This document shows, in pieces, positions 36,160-44,891 of a stretch of DNA of 64,000 nucleotides. Origin of the DNA: Gemmatales bacterium. Its GTDB lineage: Bacteria; Planctomycetota; Planctomycetia; Gemmatales; HRBIN36. The position numbers were made by a program, and so were the translations under genes. Each line of letters opens with the position of its first letter. Positions within the stretch are counted from its first letter, which is position 1. The notes beneath the pieces were generated by a model. It was given only the letters and a program-made list of their open reading frames with translations, was not told the DNA's origin and did not search any database. The stretch lies in assembly GCA_035430005.1 (NCBI GenBank), contig DAOMFV010000001.1, forward strand, positions 25,619 through 89,618. Reading direction: 5' to 3'.

Positions 36160-37218
36160 TCATTCATCTTCTACGACAGTTTTCTTAGGCACATAGTCAA
36201 TTGTTGTTCGATCCATGCAAAACCAATCGTTGATGGCCTCCTCTTCGTAGTTAAACACGATTGTTTTCCTCTTGGCATTTTGAGCAAATAAATGGAACTT
36301 GAGATTAAACCCATATCTGAGATTTGGCCGCACTCCACTACGTCCATCAATGCTTTGAAATTGAAGCCCTTGTGTTTCGAGTCTCTTATTCTTTACCGAA
36401 AACTCGATCTCGGCTTCTGGATGCAAAGGGCGACTCAAGTAAGCATGCGCTTTTCCTTGTAGCATTGCAAGTTGAGCATGAACAACAGCATCTAGCCTAA
36501 ATCCTGACTCTGAATGGGAATTCACGAGATTGACAGGGGCATTGGATTCCAAAACAACAAGTATCTCGTGTGCCGTTGCCGTCCCCTTGTTCTGAAGAAC
36601 TAAGATCATCGAAAACTCTACCGAGGCATCGCTTTTCACTCGCATGACTGTGTTCTGTATCAAGTCAAGATCAACCTTGGTAAACGGATAGAACATTTGT
36701 TTCAGCATCGAATGCGGAATTACCTTGCATGACTCGCCAGCACGCATGACATAGGTTTTGGCCGATCCAGGAAATTCTCTGCGGTGTGGCCGATGTGGAC
36801 TGAGAGGAACATAGCAAACCAACACACCCTTATCTGGGCCAGCGGTTTCAATCGGTAAGTATCGGACACCTTGAACGGGTGGATCGTTGGCAACGTGAAT
36901 CTGCTTAGTCAGAATGGCTTGCAGTTCGGACAGTGATTGAACTGGTACAACTTCGCCAGGGGTGTCTCTGGAAGTTGTACGAATACCGACAATGAGCAGT
37001 CCGCCTTCGGTGTTGGCAAAAGCTGATAAGTATTCTGACCATGCTTCCTGAATCTTGTCTCTGTCGAACTCCGTTGCGTTTTTCATCCAGCATTGTTTGT
37101 AATCAATCCATTCGTGTTCCGATGGCTTGTGTTCCAAGACGTAGGCAATTTGCTCCGCACCTGTATTGAGTTGGTTAAGTTGGCTGAAAAACGATTCAAC
37201 ACGGGATGGAAGGGCCAT
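36160..37218 (-). CDS. Schlafen/AlbA_2-like putative DNA/RNA-binding domain protein with uncharacterised C-terminal half
   Basis: The N-terminal EHEWIDYKQ...LSAFANTEGGLLIVGI...GVLVCYVPLSPHRP...TYVMRAGESCKVIPHSMLKQMF follows the AlbA_2 (PF04326-type) pattern. The gene is visibly AT-rich compared with its neighbours. Confidence 0.55.
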   Translation of the reverse strand: MALPSRVESFFSQLNQLNTGAEQIAYVLEHKPSEHEWIDYKQCWMKNATEFDRDKIQEAWSEYLSAFANTEGGLLIVGIRTTSRDTPGEVVPVQSLSELQAILTKQIHVANDPPVQGVRYLPIETAGPDKGVLVCYVPLSPHRPHRREFPGSAKTYVMRAGESCKVIPHSMLKQMFYPFTKVDLDLIQNTVMRVKSDASVEFSMILVLQNKGTATAHEILVVLESNAPVNLVNSHSESGFRLDAVVHAQLAMLQGKAHAYLSRPLHPEAEIEFSVKNKRLETQGLQFQSIDGRSGVRPNLRYGFNLKFHLFAQNAKRKTIVFNYEEEAINDWFCMDRTTIDYVPKKTVVEDE

Positions 37219-37376
37219 AAATCGGTATTCCTATCGACGATCAAAAGGCAGCTACAAACCCCTCAATTCTTGGAACTGCCATCCATTTTGTCCTAAATTT
37301 TCTTAGGGCAAAACCCTACGCAATTGTCCTAATATCAGAAAGTACAGAATACCCTAGAAATGCAGTCGTATTTGAG

Positions 37377-37449
37377 TGGAGGCGAGGGGGGTCGAACCCC
37401 TAACCCCTAGCTTGCAAAGCTAGTGCTCTCCCAGTTGAGCTACGCCCCC
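37377..37449 (-). tRNA. tRNA-Ala (anticodon UGC)
   Basis: A hand-folded cloverleaf: acceptor GGGGGCG/CGCCTCC with the G3:U70 alanine identity pair, anticodon loop TTTGCAA, T-loop GGTTCGACC, discriminator A. CCA is not encoded. Confidence 0.93.
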
Positions 37450-37493
37450 CGAGTGAAAACCTACGGGATAAACCCGTAGGCTCTTCCAGCCAA

Positions 37494-37567
37494 TGCGCGT
37501 ACTTGGATTCGAACCAAGGACCTCAGCTTTATCAGAGCTGCGCTCTAGCCAACTGAGCTATACGCGC
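37494..37567 (-). tRNA. tRNA-Ile (anticodon GAU)
   Basis: A hand-folded cloverleaf: acceptor GCGCGTA/TACGCGC, D-arm GCTCAGTTGGCTAGAGC, anticodon loop CTGATAA, T-arm CTTGGTTCGAATCCAAG. CCA is not encoded. Confidence 0.93.
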
Positions 37568-37713
37568 GCGGATTGCTAGAATACGAATCCAATTCTAAAT
37601 GCCAAGCCGGTCTTGTCAATCGGCTCTTGTTTCGCTCCGTGTGGTTATCAAGAGTGTCAGCTGGTACATGCGGAATTACTGGAGTGGACACTGTGAAGAG
37701 TATCCTGGTTCGG

Positions 37714-38112
37714 TCAAGGAGCTATACGATATGCTTCCTTCTCAAAAGGATTGTCATAATAGGCGTTCTTTCCCCGTAACCAAAGCCACAGGCTGCATCC
37801 CAGGTAGGCGGGGGCCATGAATATTCCCCAGCGGGCGAACTGGTTGACATGCACATGTTCATGTTCCCGGGCAAAATCAAGGTCGTCACGGGTCTGGCCG
37901 AAGACGACATGCCCCAACGTCATGGCAGCGGCATTCTTAGCCAGCAGATGATGTTTCAAGAACCATTTCATCATCCCACCCCAAAACTCGACCACGCCTT
38001 GCACAATCTGCACCCGGCCGCCAGTTACGAGCGTGAGCAAACCCAGGAACAGCCCCAATACCGTGACAGGGGCTGCCCAGAGGTATCCAAGAAGGGTCAG
38101 AAGACTATTCAT
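37714..38112 (-). CDS. Small polytopic membrane protein with an HExxH motif (putative mini-metalloprotease)
   Basis: Has TM segments (LLTLLGYLWAAPVTVLGLFLGLLTLV and WGIFMAPAYLGCSLWLW) and the motif REHEHVHVNQ followed by NPFEKEAY. Its start overlaps the stop of the MacB-like permease gene. Confidence 0.5.
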   Translation of the reverse strand: MNSLLTLLGYLWAAPVTVLGLFLGLLTLVTGGRVQIVQGVVEFWGGMMKWFLKHHLLAKNAAAMTLGHVVFGQTRDDLDFAREHEHVHVNQFARWGIFMAPAYLGCSLWLWLRGKNAYYDNPFEKEAYRIAP

Positions 38113-39520
38113 GTCGAAGTGCTTCGATGGGATCAAGCCGGGCAGCACGACGTGAGGGATACCAGCCGAAGAGAACGCCCACCACTACCGCAGCGAAGAA
38201 GGCCATGAAGACGCTAGGCTGATGCACTTTGGTCGGCAGGTGATTGCTAAAGTAGTGGCCAATGGGGGGGGCGAGCCAGATGATCAAAAAGCCAAAACCG
38301 ACGCCTATCAAACCGCCCAGCGTCGTCTGCACCAATGCCTCCACCAGAAACTGGAAGGTGACATCGCTACGCTTGGCTCCCAGAGCACGGCGGATGCCTA
38401 TCTCCCGGGTGCGTTCGGTTACCGTCGCCAGCATGATGTTCATAATGCCGATGCCGCCCACGAGAAGCGAGATGCCGGCGATCATAGCCATCTGACGGCG
38501 GTAACGGTCTCGGGTGCGTTCAGCATCTTCCAATTTGTCCAAAGGGACTTTCACGTTCCAGTCTTTCTTCGCTGCGTCATGAAACAAATCAAGCTGCATG
38601 CCGGCAATCTCAGCCGTGGGCCGGACTTGTTCCATCGTTTCCACGGTCATGATGATCTGGCTGAGTTGTACTTGTTCCGCCCCACGTTGGCCGCTGCTGC
38701 GGAGAAAAGTTGTGTCGCCCAGCAATGCCCGGCTGGAGACCAGTGGAATGTATATGTCGGTATCATATTTCTCGATATCGGGGCCGCTGGTCGAGGGGGA
38801 ACGATCCTTGAGAACGCCGACAATGGTGAATGCCGGGTTCTTGCCTTCAAAACGGATCACTTTGTTGATGGGATCTTCACCGGGATAGAGAGTTCGCGCC
38901 ACCTCTGAGCCAAGCACGCAAATGTTGCGTGGGACGGGTGATTCATCAGCTTCGACGATGAATCGCCCCGCTGCGATCATGTCACCAAGCTTGTAGATGG
39001 TGGCATAATGAGGCGTGGTGGCCACGACTCGGGAGCGAAGAACCTTGCTCTCTGTTACCGGGCGCACCACGGCGTCAAAAGATCGAACCGGCAGAGGAGC
39101 GCTAACCAGATTCGGAATCGTCGTTCGAAAGCGTTCATAGTCCTGGTAGGTCAGCCCATACTTGGCGACGAAAGATCGATTAGACGTTGCTCCATCGGCT
39201 GGCTTCACGCTCACCACAATGATATTGGTGGCTCCCTGACGCATAATATCGTCAAGCGCATCCTGCATCGAACCTTCACCGAATGCCATCAGGGCGATGA
39301 CCGAGGCTGTCCCGATGATGATGCCCAACACGGAAAGGAACGAGCGGAGCTTGTGCAGCCAGAGGTTCCGAACGGCCGTTACAAAGCTGCGACGTAGTTT
39401 AGGGCCGCCTATGGGGGTTAAGGCAAGAATGGCAGGTACGACGAACAGGCCAACCCCTAGAAGGTAGGGCCAGTAATCAAGAAGAAACGATATCAGATAA
39501 TCGATGGAATCGTTGAGCAT
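38105..39520 (-). CDS. ABC transporter permease, MacB/FtsX type
   Basis: An N-terminal TM helix is followed by a large periplasmic domain and a C-terminal FtsX block (GGIGIMNIMLATVTERTREIGIRRALGAKRSDV). Confidence 0.88.
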   Translation of the reverse strand: MLNDSIDYLISFLLDYWPYLLGVGLFVVPAILALTPIGGPKLRRSFVTAVRNLWLHKLRSFLSVLGIIIGTASVIALMAFGEGSMQDALDDIMRQGATNIIVVSVKPADGATSNRSFVAKYGLTYQDYERFRTTIPNLVSAPLPVRSFDAVVRPVTESKVLRSRVVATTPHYATIYKLGDMIAAGRFIVEADESPVPRNICVLGSEVARTLYPGEDPINKVIRFEGKNPAFTIVGVLKDRSPSTSGPDIEKYDTDIYIPLVSSRALLGDTTFLRSSGQRGAEQVQLSQIIMTVETMEQVRPTAEIAGMQLDLFHDAAKKDWNVKVPLDKLEDAERTRDRYRRQMAMIAGISLLVGGIGIMNIMLATVTERTREIGIRRALGAKRSDVTFQFLVEALVQTTLGGLIGVGFGFLIIWLAPPIGHYFSNHLPTKVHQPSVFMAFFAAVVVGVLFGWYPSRRAARLDPIEALRHE

Positions 39521-39521
39521 G

Positions 39522-40244
39522 CTAGGCTACCGCTCCTTTGACGTGGCGGGGAGGGATAGACTTATTGCGAACGTCACTCTCAATATGCCCGTCTCGCAAT
39601 CGAATCACCCTGCGTGCCCACTCGGCAATATCGTTTTCGTGCGTAACCATGATAATGGTTTTGCCCATTTCATTAAGACCCAGCAGCATGGTCATGATCT
39701 CTTCGGAGGTCTTGGTATCCAGATTTCCAGTCGCCTCATCTGCCAGGATGATGTGTGGATCATTGATCAACGAACGAGCAATGGCGACACGCTGCTGTTG
39801 GCCGCCCGAGAGCTGCGGAGGCCGGTGATCCAATCTTTTTCCCAAACCCACCATCTCGGCCAGTCGGACGCAGCGTGCTCTGGTCTGAGCATTGACCTTG
39901 CCCTGATAGAGCAACGGCACTTCAATATTTTCGATGACTGTGTATTGGGCGATCAGATTGTATGCCTGGAAGATGAACCCCAGATACTTGCTGCGAACAT
40001 CGGAAAGTTGATCGTCGTCCATCCGTGAAACGTCCTGGTTGGCCAGGTAGTAATGGCCGGAGGAGGGACGATCCAGGCAGCCGAGCAGGTTTAGAAGAGT
40101 GGATTTGCCGGAACCGGAGGGCCCCATCAGGGCGACAAAGTCTCCCTCTTCAAAGTCGATACTGACTCCACGCAGCGCATGCACAAGTTCCGAACCCATC
40201 TGATAGGTTTTTTGCAGATTCACAACTCGAGCGATGGCGGACAT
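39522..40244 (-). CDS. ABC transporter ATP-binding protein (MacB/LolD type)
   Basis: Contains Walker A GPSGSGKSTLLN, the signature LSGGQQQRVAIARSL, and Walker B IILADEATGNLD. Confidence 0.93.
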   Translation of the reverse strand: MSAIARVVNLQKTYQMGSELVHALRGVSIDFEEGDFVALMGPSGSGKSTLLNLLGCLDRPSSGHYYLANQDVSRMDDDQLSDVRSKYLGFIFQAYNLIAQYTVIENIEVPLLYQGKVNAQTRARCVRLAEMVGLGKRLDHRPPQLSGGQQQRVAIARSLINDPHIILADEATGNLDTKTSEEIMTMLLGLNEMGKTIIMVTHENDIAEWARRVIRLRDGHIESDVRNKSIPPRHVKGAVA

Positions 40245-42253
40245 CAGTTGCCGGCACCCTTGGCGCTTCGCTCCTTGGGAGAGTTCTTGCCCGCAGGTTC
40301 TGTCGAGTCAGTCTGCTGAGCCGTCTTCTCTGGAGCTGTGCTGGTGACCTTTTCAGGCCCCTTCGCCACCTTGCCAGGCAACTTTCCAGGGCCCTTGCGG
40401 TTGCCTCGGTCACGAATATTGCTTGAAGGATCGATTTTCACGTTACCCTTGAGATCATTGACCTTCTCTGCATAAGACCGCGCATTGAGCACAATATGGT
40501 CATGTTCCTTGACTTTGGACTCAGGAAGGATTTCGACGAACTTGTAGTTGTTCAGTCCGGTTTTCACCATCCGCTTTTCGATACTGTTGTCAGTCTTCAC
40601 ATAGCAGAACTTCTCGCCCCCTGATTCCAACACAGCCTGAATCGGAAGCTGTAGAACACCTTTGCGATCATCGATTTTCACTGTAACCTCAGCGCTCATG
40701 TTCGGTTTCAGAATTTCAGGAGTTTCATCGATAGATACCACAGTCTGATAGACTTTCACGTCGGCAGACATCCAATCGGTGGAGGAGGCTACTGAGGAGA
40801 CCATCTTCACGCGCCCGGGGAGAGGTTTTTCCAGCGAGGCGATCTTGATGCTGGCCCCCATTCCATATTCGGTGACTTCTTCGTCGAGATGCCCCAGATC
40901 GCTTTTGATTTCACGCTGAATGATCAGTCCAGGCATAAAACTGGGCAGTGCGGTATGCAATCCGGGAACGGCATGAGCATGGATGAGGTGTCCCCAGTGC
41001 ATGACGACTTGGCCAACATCGTAGAACGTGCCGAAGCCGGTAGGCGCCGTCGTGTCGCCTCGGAGCTTGGTGACGATGGATTCATGAACTTTGACACGGG
41101 CAATCATCCGGTTCAAGTTGGGGATGCGCATCATCTTCTGACCTTCTTTAACCGGCGAGCCGACTTCAATGGGCGTAGTCTGCGATGAGCCGCCGAATCT
41201 GGCCGACTCCGGGATAAAGTAGATGACCATGCCGTCGTGTGGGGCGAAGATCTTGCAGTTGCGAACATCCTGCTCGAAGTCGTCACGCTTTTGCGATTCC
41301 TGCTTGAGGATCAGTTCAGCGGAGGTCAACTTAGCCTGGGCCTGTGCACGTTTTGATTCCGAGTTCTCTTTGGCAATCTCTACCTGAAGCTTGGCCTGAT
41401 CGAGCTTGGTCTTCAGATCGAGTTCCTGCCGGCGGTTATCGAACTGAAGCGTATCGTATTCCTTCTGTAACTTATCGAGATTGACGTTGGCCTGATCGAG
41501 ACGCGTTTCATCATTGAGCTTCTGATTGGCGCTCAGGTACCCACGCACAAACATGCGGTTCGACCAGCCAAGCTTATCACGCCATTGAATGAGATCAGCG
41601 GTGGCAAGTTTGATGCGCGAATCGATATCGAACTGTTTCTGCTGCTTCTCGGCCTTGCGGAACTTCTCAAGATCAATCTCCGCGATCTTGAAGTTGCTGA
41701 GGGCGGTCAGTTCCGCGGAGCGGTTTTCGTTCTCCACAATCTTCAGGTTGGCCTTGGCCTGCTCATAAAGGTCGTTCTTTTCTTCCACAACGATATGTTG
41801 ATTGTTGAGCTGTTCTCGAAGACTGGCGTCTTCCAGCAACATGAGTAGGTCGCCCTTTTTCACTTTGCTGCCATCGTCGATGACCCATTTGATGGAGGTC
41901 GCGGCAGTGCTGCCACGACCGCTCGCGCGCACCTGGCAGACGATTTCCGTGTTGCGGGCAGCTTCCAACTCGCCTTTTTCGACAAAGGTCAACACCATGT
42001 CACCCTTGGTGAGTGCCTGGGTTTCCAGGTTCTTGGGGGGGCCTTCAGGGGCGTTGTAATGTTGCCAGCCCCAATAACTGCATGCTCCCACGATGCCGAG
42101 TACCAGAATGCCGAGGATAACCGGTGTCCAACTCCGCTTGATGCGTGGCGGGACGACAGCCGGGTCATCCAGGGTGGCAAGACGCTCTTTCAGTTCGTCG
42201 GGAACTTGATGGTCGGTGTGTTCAACGGACGGTTGGGCTGCTATGGTCATCAA
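40244..42253 (-). CDS. HlyD/MacA-type periplasmic adaptor, unusually long (669 aa)
   Basis: Has an N-terminal TM helix, a barrel-sandwich lipoyl motif (KVKKGDLLMLLED), a very long coiled-coil section, a beta-barrel domain, and a Lys/Pro/Gly-rich tail. Confidence 0.8.
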   Translation of the reverse strand: MMTIAAQPSVEHTDHQVPDELKERLATLDDPAVVPPRIKRSWTPVILGILVLGIVGACSYWGWQHYNAPEGPPKNLETQALTKGDMVLTFVEKGELEAARNTEIVCQVRASGRGSTAATSIKWVIDDGSKVKKGDLLMLLEDASLREQLNNQHIVVEEKNDLYEQAKANLKIVENENRSAELTALSNFKIAEIDLEKFRKAEKQQKQFDIDSRIKLATADLIQWRDKLGWSNRMFVRGYLSANQKLNDETRLDQANVNLDKLQKEYDTLQFDNRRQELDLKTKLDQAKLQVEIAKENSESKRAQAQAKLTSAELILKQESQKRDDFEQDVRNCKIFAPHDGMVIYFIPESARFGGSSQTTPIEVGSPVKEGQKMMRIPNLNRMIARVKVHESIVTKLRGDTTAPTGFGTFYDVGQVVMHWGHLIHAHAVPGLHTALPSFMPGLIIQREIKSDLGHLDEEVTEYGMGASIKIASLEKPLPGRVKMVSSVASSTDWMSADVKVYQTVVSIDETPEILKPNMSAEVTVKIDDRKGVLQLPIQAVLESGGEKFCYVKTDNSIEKRMVKTGLNNYKFVEILPESKVKEHDHIVLNARSYAEKVNDLKGNVKIDPSSNIRDRGNRKGPGKLPGKVAKGPEKVTSTAPEKTAQQTDSTEPAGKNSPKERSAKGAGN

Positions 42254-44891
42254 TCCAGACTCCTCGGCTGTCGATCTGCATCAGTTCCAAATCGCGGTAA
42301 AGTTCCATGCGGGTAACAAGGTAATTAATCCAGGTCGTGTAGAGACTAGTCTGGGCCTGCGGCACGCCTCGCTGCGCCTGTAACAACTGGAGAGTCGCCG
42401 TGCCCGCCGATGCGGCAGTGTCTCGTGTTACGCCCGGATCGGGGGGGGCCTGCAACTGCTCTCGTGCTTGATTAACCTGCGAGTAGAGAAGCAACAAGGC
42501 CCGTTGCTGAATCTTGTAAGTCTCCTCCAACTGTTGAAGTCGTCGAACTCGCGATCGCACCTGCAGCATGATCGTATCCTGGACCGCCTGCAGGTTGCGA
42601 CGCTGTCGCTGGTATACGATCAGGGAGGCCCGATAGTTATTTCGTTCAATACGGCGAACTAGAGGGAGTTCAGTATTGAAGATAATTTGATGGCGGGTGT
42701 TGTTGCCATCGAAATTGAAGCCTTGACCGATTGCCATCGAAGGCGGGGCAAGCATAGTGGCATTATAGCGTACATCGAAGGTACCCATCAACGAATTTGC
42801 GAACACGGCAATAATTCGCCATGAATCGGCGAGAAGAGCTTGCTGATTCATTAAATCGAGCCGATTTTCCAGGGCCACTTGGCCTACGAAGTCCTGAGCC
42901 TCATCAAGATTTAATCGCAGCAGATCACGCCCGCAAAGCTTCGAGGCCGGCAACTGCGGCCAGAGTTTATCGTAAGCCTGTTGCCGTTCTTCACGAGCCT
43001 CGTCAAGAATCAGAGATAAATGAGCTTCGATTTGTCGGAAGATCACGTCTTGAGCAGCCTTCCGTTCACGTTCGGTTTTCTCCACCAGCCAGGGCCTGTG
43101 CTGGAAGATAGTGAGTAGTTCATCAAGGGCGCCCAATTCATAGCCTCGTCGCGCCCGCTTGATTTTCACATCCAGTTCAGGAGGTACAGGTTTTTCCTGA
43201 TCGACCAGATCATCTCGCGAATCGATCAGACTGTTCCGCAGCATCTGCTGCGACAGTAGCGGGGGTGTCATGGCCTGGGCTATGGTGGCAAACGCTGCAG
43301 CTCCATTGAGGCCGGGCAATTGTCCCAGGACGGCCATTGTTCCACTGATGGCCGAGCTCTTTTCAACTACCGTGGTATTAAGGATACGCCAGCGAGCGAG
43401 ACGCTCAGCAAAGTTCCCGGCAAAAGCAGTCTCTTTCGTGAGTGGAGCAGTCTGAATCAATGAGTGAAGTTCCCGGCGCAGGACGCCGGTACCGTCTTCG
43501 CGAGATTCCAGTTTGGTAAATGCCTCGCCGATTCGACGGGCATTCTCTTCGAGTTTCTGGAAGCGAAACATCTGCTCGCGCAGATCTTCCAGAGCGGAAG
43601 CATTCAGTTCAAGGGGCAGATCGGTGGGTAACCCCAGCTGCAGTTTGAATTGTTCGATGGAATCCAGGTAAGCCACTTCCTGGGTCAACACTTGTGTGCG
43701 GGCATCGAGGAGTTGTTGTTCAACCTGATCGACCTGCAAGGGCGACAAGCCGCCTCCTTTGGCAAACTCGCGGTAGAACTTGAGGAGTTCGACCAGGTCG
43801 TCAATATTGCGATATTGCAGTTCAATATTCAGCTTTCGCAGGACAGTGGGCAGATAGCCGACCACGGTGGCGGTAGCACGGATAGTACCGGTATTTCCTG
43901 AGGAGAGAAACGTGCTTTGTACCAGGCTGGCAGCCAGTCCCGGTGCGCCGACGCCAGGACCGCCGGCAATTTGCACGAAGAACTCCTTGTTGAATCGGGC
44001 GAAGCGCCGCACTTCATAGAGCAAATCCCGTTCAGACTGAGTGAGCGGCTCGAGGGCTACTGCCAGTCCGCCGCCACGCAGAAATGGTTGCCCGATATCA
44101 AACACCAGGTTCGAGGTACTGATCGTCGGTCCTTTGTTGCTTGATACATCGATGATCGTCTGGTTGGCCAGTTTCAAAAGCAACGACGCGCCTGTTACAA
44201 AGTTCATCCCCACGCCTGCAGCCGAGTTCAGCTCCCACTGATTCGTCGGGCCATAGTCAGATTCCTGTGCCGTCCACTGCCTGATGGCCTGTTGAGTGGC
44301 CATGAACTGTGGCAGAAAATTGAACTGCTCCGTCGTGACGGGGAGTGCAGCCAGGTAGAGGTTTTCACGTTGTGTCTGAAACTCACGACTGTTGATCACA
44401 GCCAGTTGCAAAGCCTGATCGAGATCAATGCGATACGGTTGCCGAGTAGGCGCCATAGCTGCGGGCTGTACAGGTTTTGTCTCGTTGTTCTGTTTATCCT
44501 TCTCGGCATCGACAGCCCGGTTGATGGCGTCAAACTGAGCTAACAGATCGAGGTAGCCGGTGCCTTCGGTGTAACCAACCTTGCTCGGCTTCTGCGGGCG
44601 GGGCGCAGTGAACCACGCAGCTGGATCATCAGGCGGCATTGAGGGTGTATCGGGTGGATCGAAGTCAGCAAAACGAGCTAGAGGATGGGGATAAATCCAG
44701 TAGTTGATCAGGGGCCAGCGATCATCGTCTGACTTTTGAGAAAGCAATCGATCCACATCGGTATCGGCCCGGTCACGGAAGAATTCGCGTGTGCACCCCG
44801 TACCCAGTAGGGTTCCCAGGAAGAGAATAACTAACCAGCACAACCCGGGACAGGCACGGTGTTGCGAACGGCTTGTAATTCGAGCCTGCAT
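42222..44891 (-). CDS. TolC-like outer-membrane efflux protein, unusually long (889 aa), lipoprotein-type signal
   Basis: Has a lipobox-like LLGTGC and repeated OEP-type helical segments. It is the first gene of the efflux operon and overlaps the adaptor gene by 32 nt. Confidence 0.7.
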   Translation of the reverse strand: MQARITSRSQHRACPGLCWLVILFLGTLLGTGCTREFFRDRADTDVDRLLSQKSDDDRWPLINYWIYPHPLARFADFDPPDTPSMPPDDPAAWFTAPRPQKPSKVGYTEGTGYLDLLAQFDAINRAVDAEKDKQNNETKPVQPAAMAPTRQPYRIDLDQALQLAVINSREFQTQRENLYLAALPVTTEQFNFLPQFMATQQAIRQWTAQESDYGPTNQWELNSAAGVGMNFVTGASLLLKLANQTIIDVSSNKGPTISTSNLVFDIGQPFLRGGGLAVALEPLTQSERDLLYEVRRFARFNKEFFVQIAGGPGVGAPGLAASLVQSTFLSSGNTGTIRATATVVGYLPTVLRKLNIELQYRNIDDLVELLKFYREFAKGGGLSPLQVDQVEQQLLDARTQVLTQEVAYLDSIEQFKLQLGLPTDLPLELNASALEDLREQMFRFQKLEENARRIGEAFTKLESREDGTGVLRRELHSLIQTAPLTKETAFAGNFAERLARWRILNTTVVEKSSAISGTMAVLGQLPGLNGAAAFATIAQAMTPPLLSQQMLRNSLIDSRDDLVDQEKPVPPELDVKIKRARRGYELGALDELLTIFQHRPWLVEKTERERKAAQDVIFRQIEAHLSLILDEAREERQQAYDKLWPQLPASKLCGRDLLRLNLDEAQDFVGQVALENRLDLMNQQALLADSWRIIAVFANSLMGTFDVRYNATMLAPPSMAIGQGFNFDGNNTRHQIIFNTELPLVRRIERNNYRASLIVYQRQRRNLQAVQDTIMLQVRSRVRRLQQLEETYKIQQRALLLLYSQVNQAREQLQAPPDPGVTRDTAASAGTATLQLLQAQRGVPQAQTSLYTTWINYLVTRMELYRDLELMQIDSRGVWIDDHSSPTVR

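Larger units (their letters stand above)
8843..37449 (-). mobile_element. Putative tRNA-Ala-associated genomic island (about 28.6 kb), probably immobilised
   Basis: It is bounded by the intact tRNA-Ala (37377-37449) and the direct 45-nt copy of its 3' half (8843-8887). An IS5 transposase remnant and a low-GC gene lie at the tRNA-proximal end. No integrase was recognised. Confidence 0.45.

Noticed and set aside
37219-37376. A hairpin ttttgtcctaa/ttagggcaaaa (37286-37313) and a duplicated TTGTCCTAA between tRNA-Ala and the AlbA_2 gene, considered as possible arm-type sites or a terminator.
   Set aside because: The elements are short and AT-rich, have no counterpart at the other island end, and have no U-tract on the transcribed strand. 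They cannot be distinguished from chance or an ordinary promoter region.
8843-37449. An integrase, excisionase or conjugation genes that would make the island an active element.
   Set aside because: None of the translated ORFs shows tyrosine or serine recombinase motifs. Only a truncated IS5 transposase is present, so the element is called putative and immobilised.
37568-37713. The expected 16S rRNA 3' end next to tRNA-Ile, and the 23S start next to tRNA-Ala.
   Set aside because: No anti-Shine-Dalgarno tail (the complement of GGATCACCTCCTT) or rRNA-like sequence is present. Both sides run into protein-coding ORFs.
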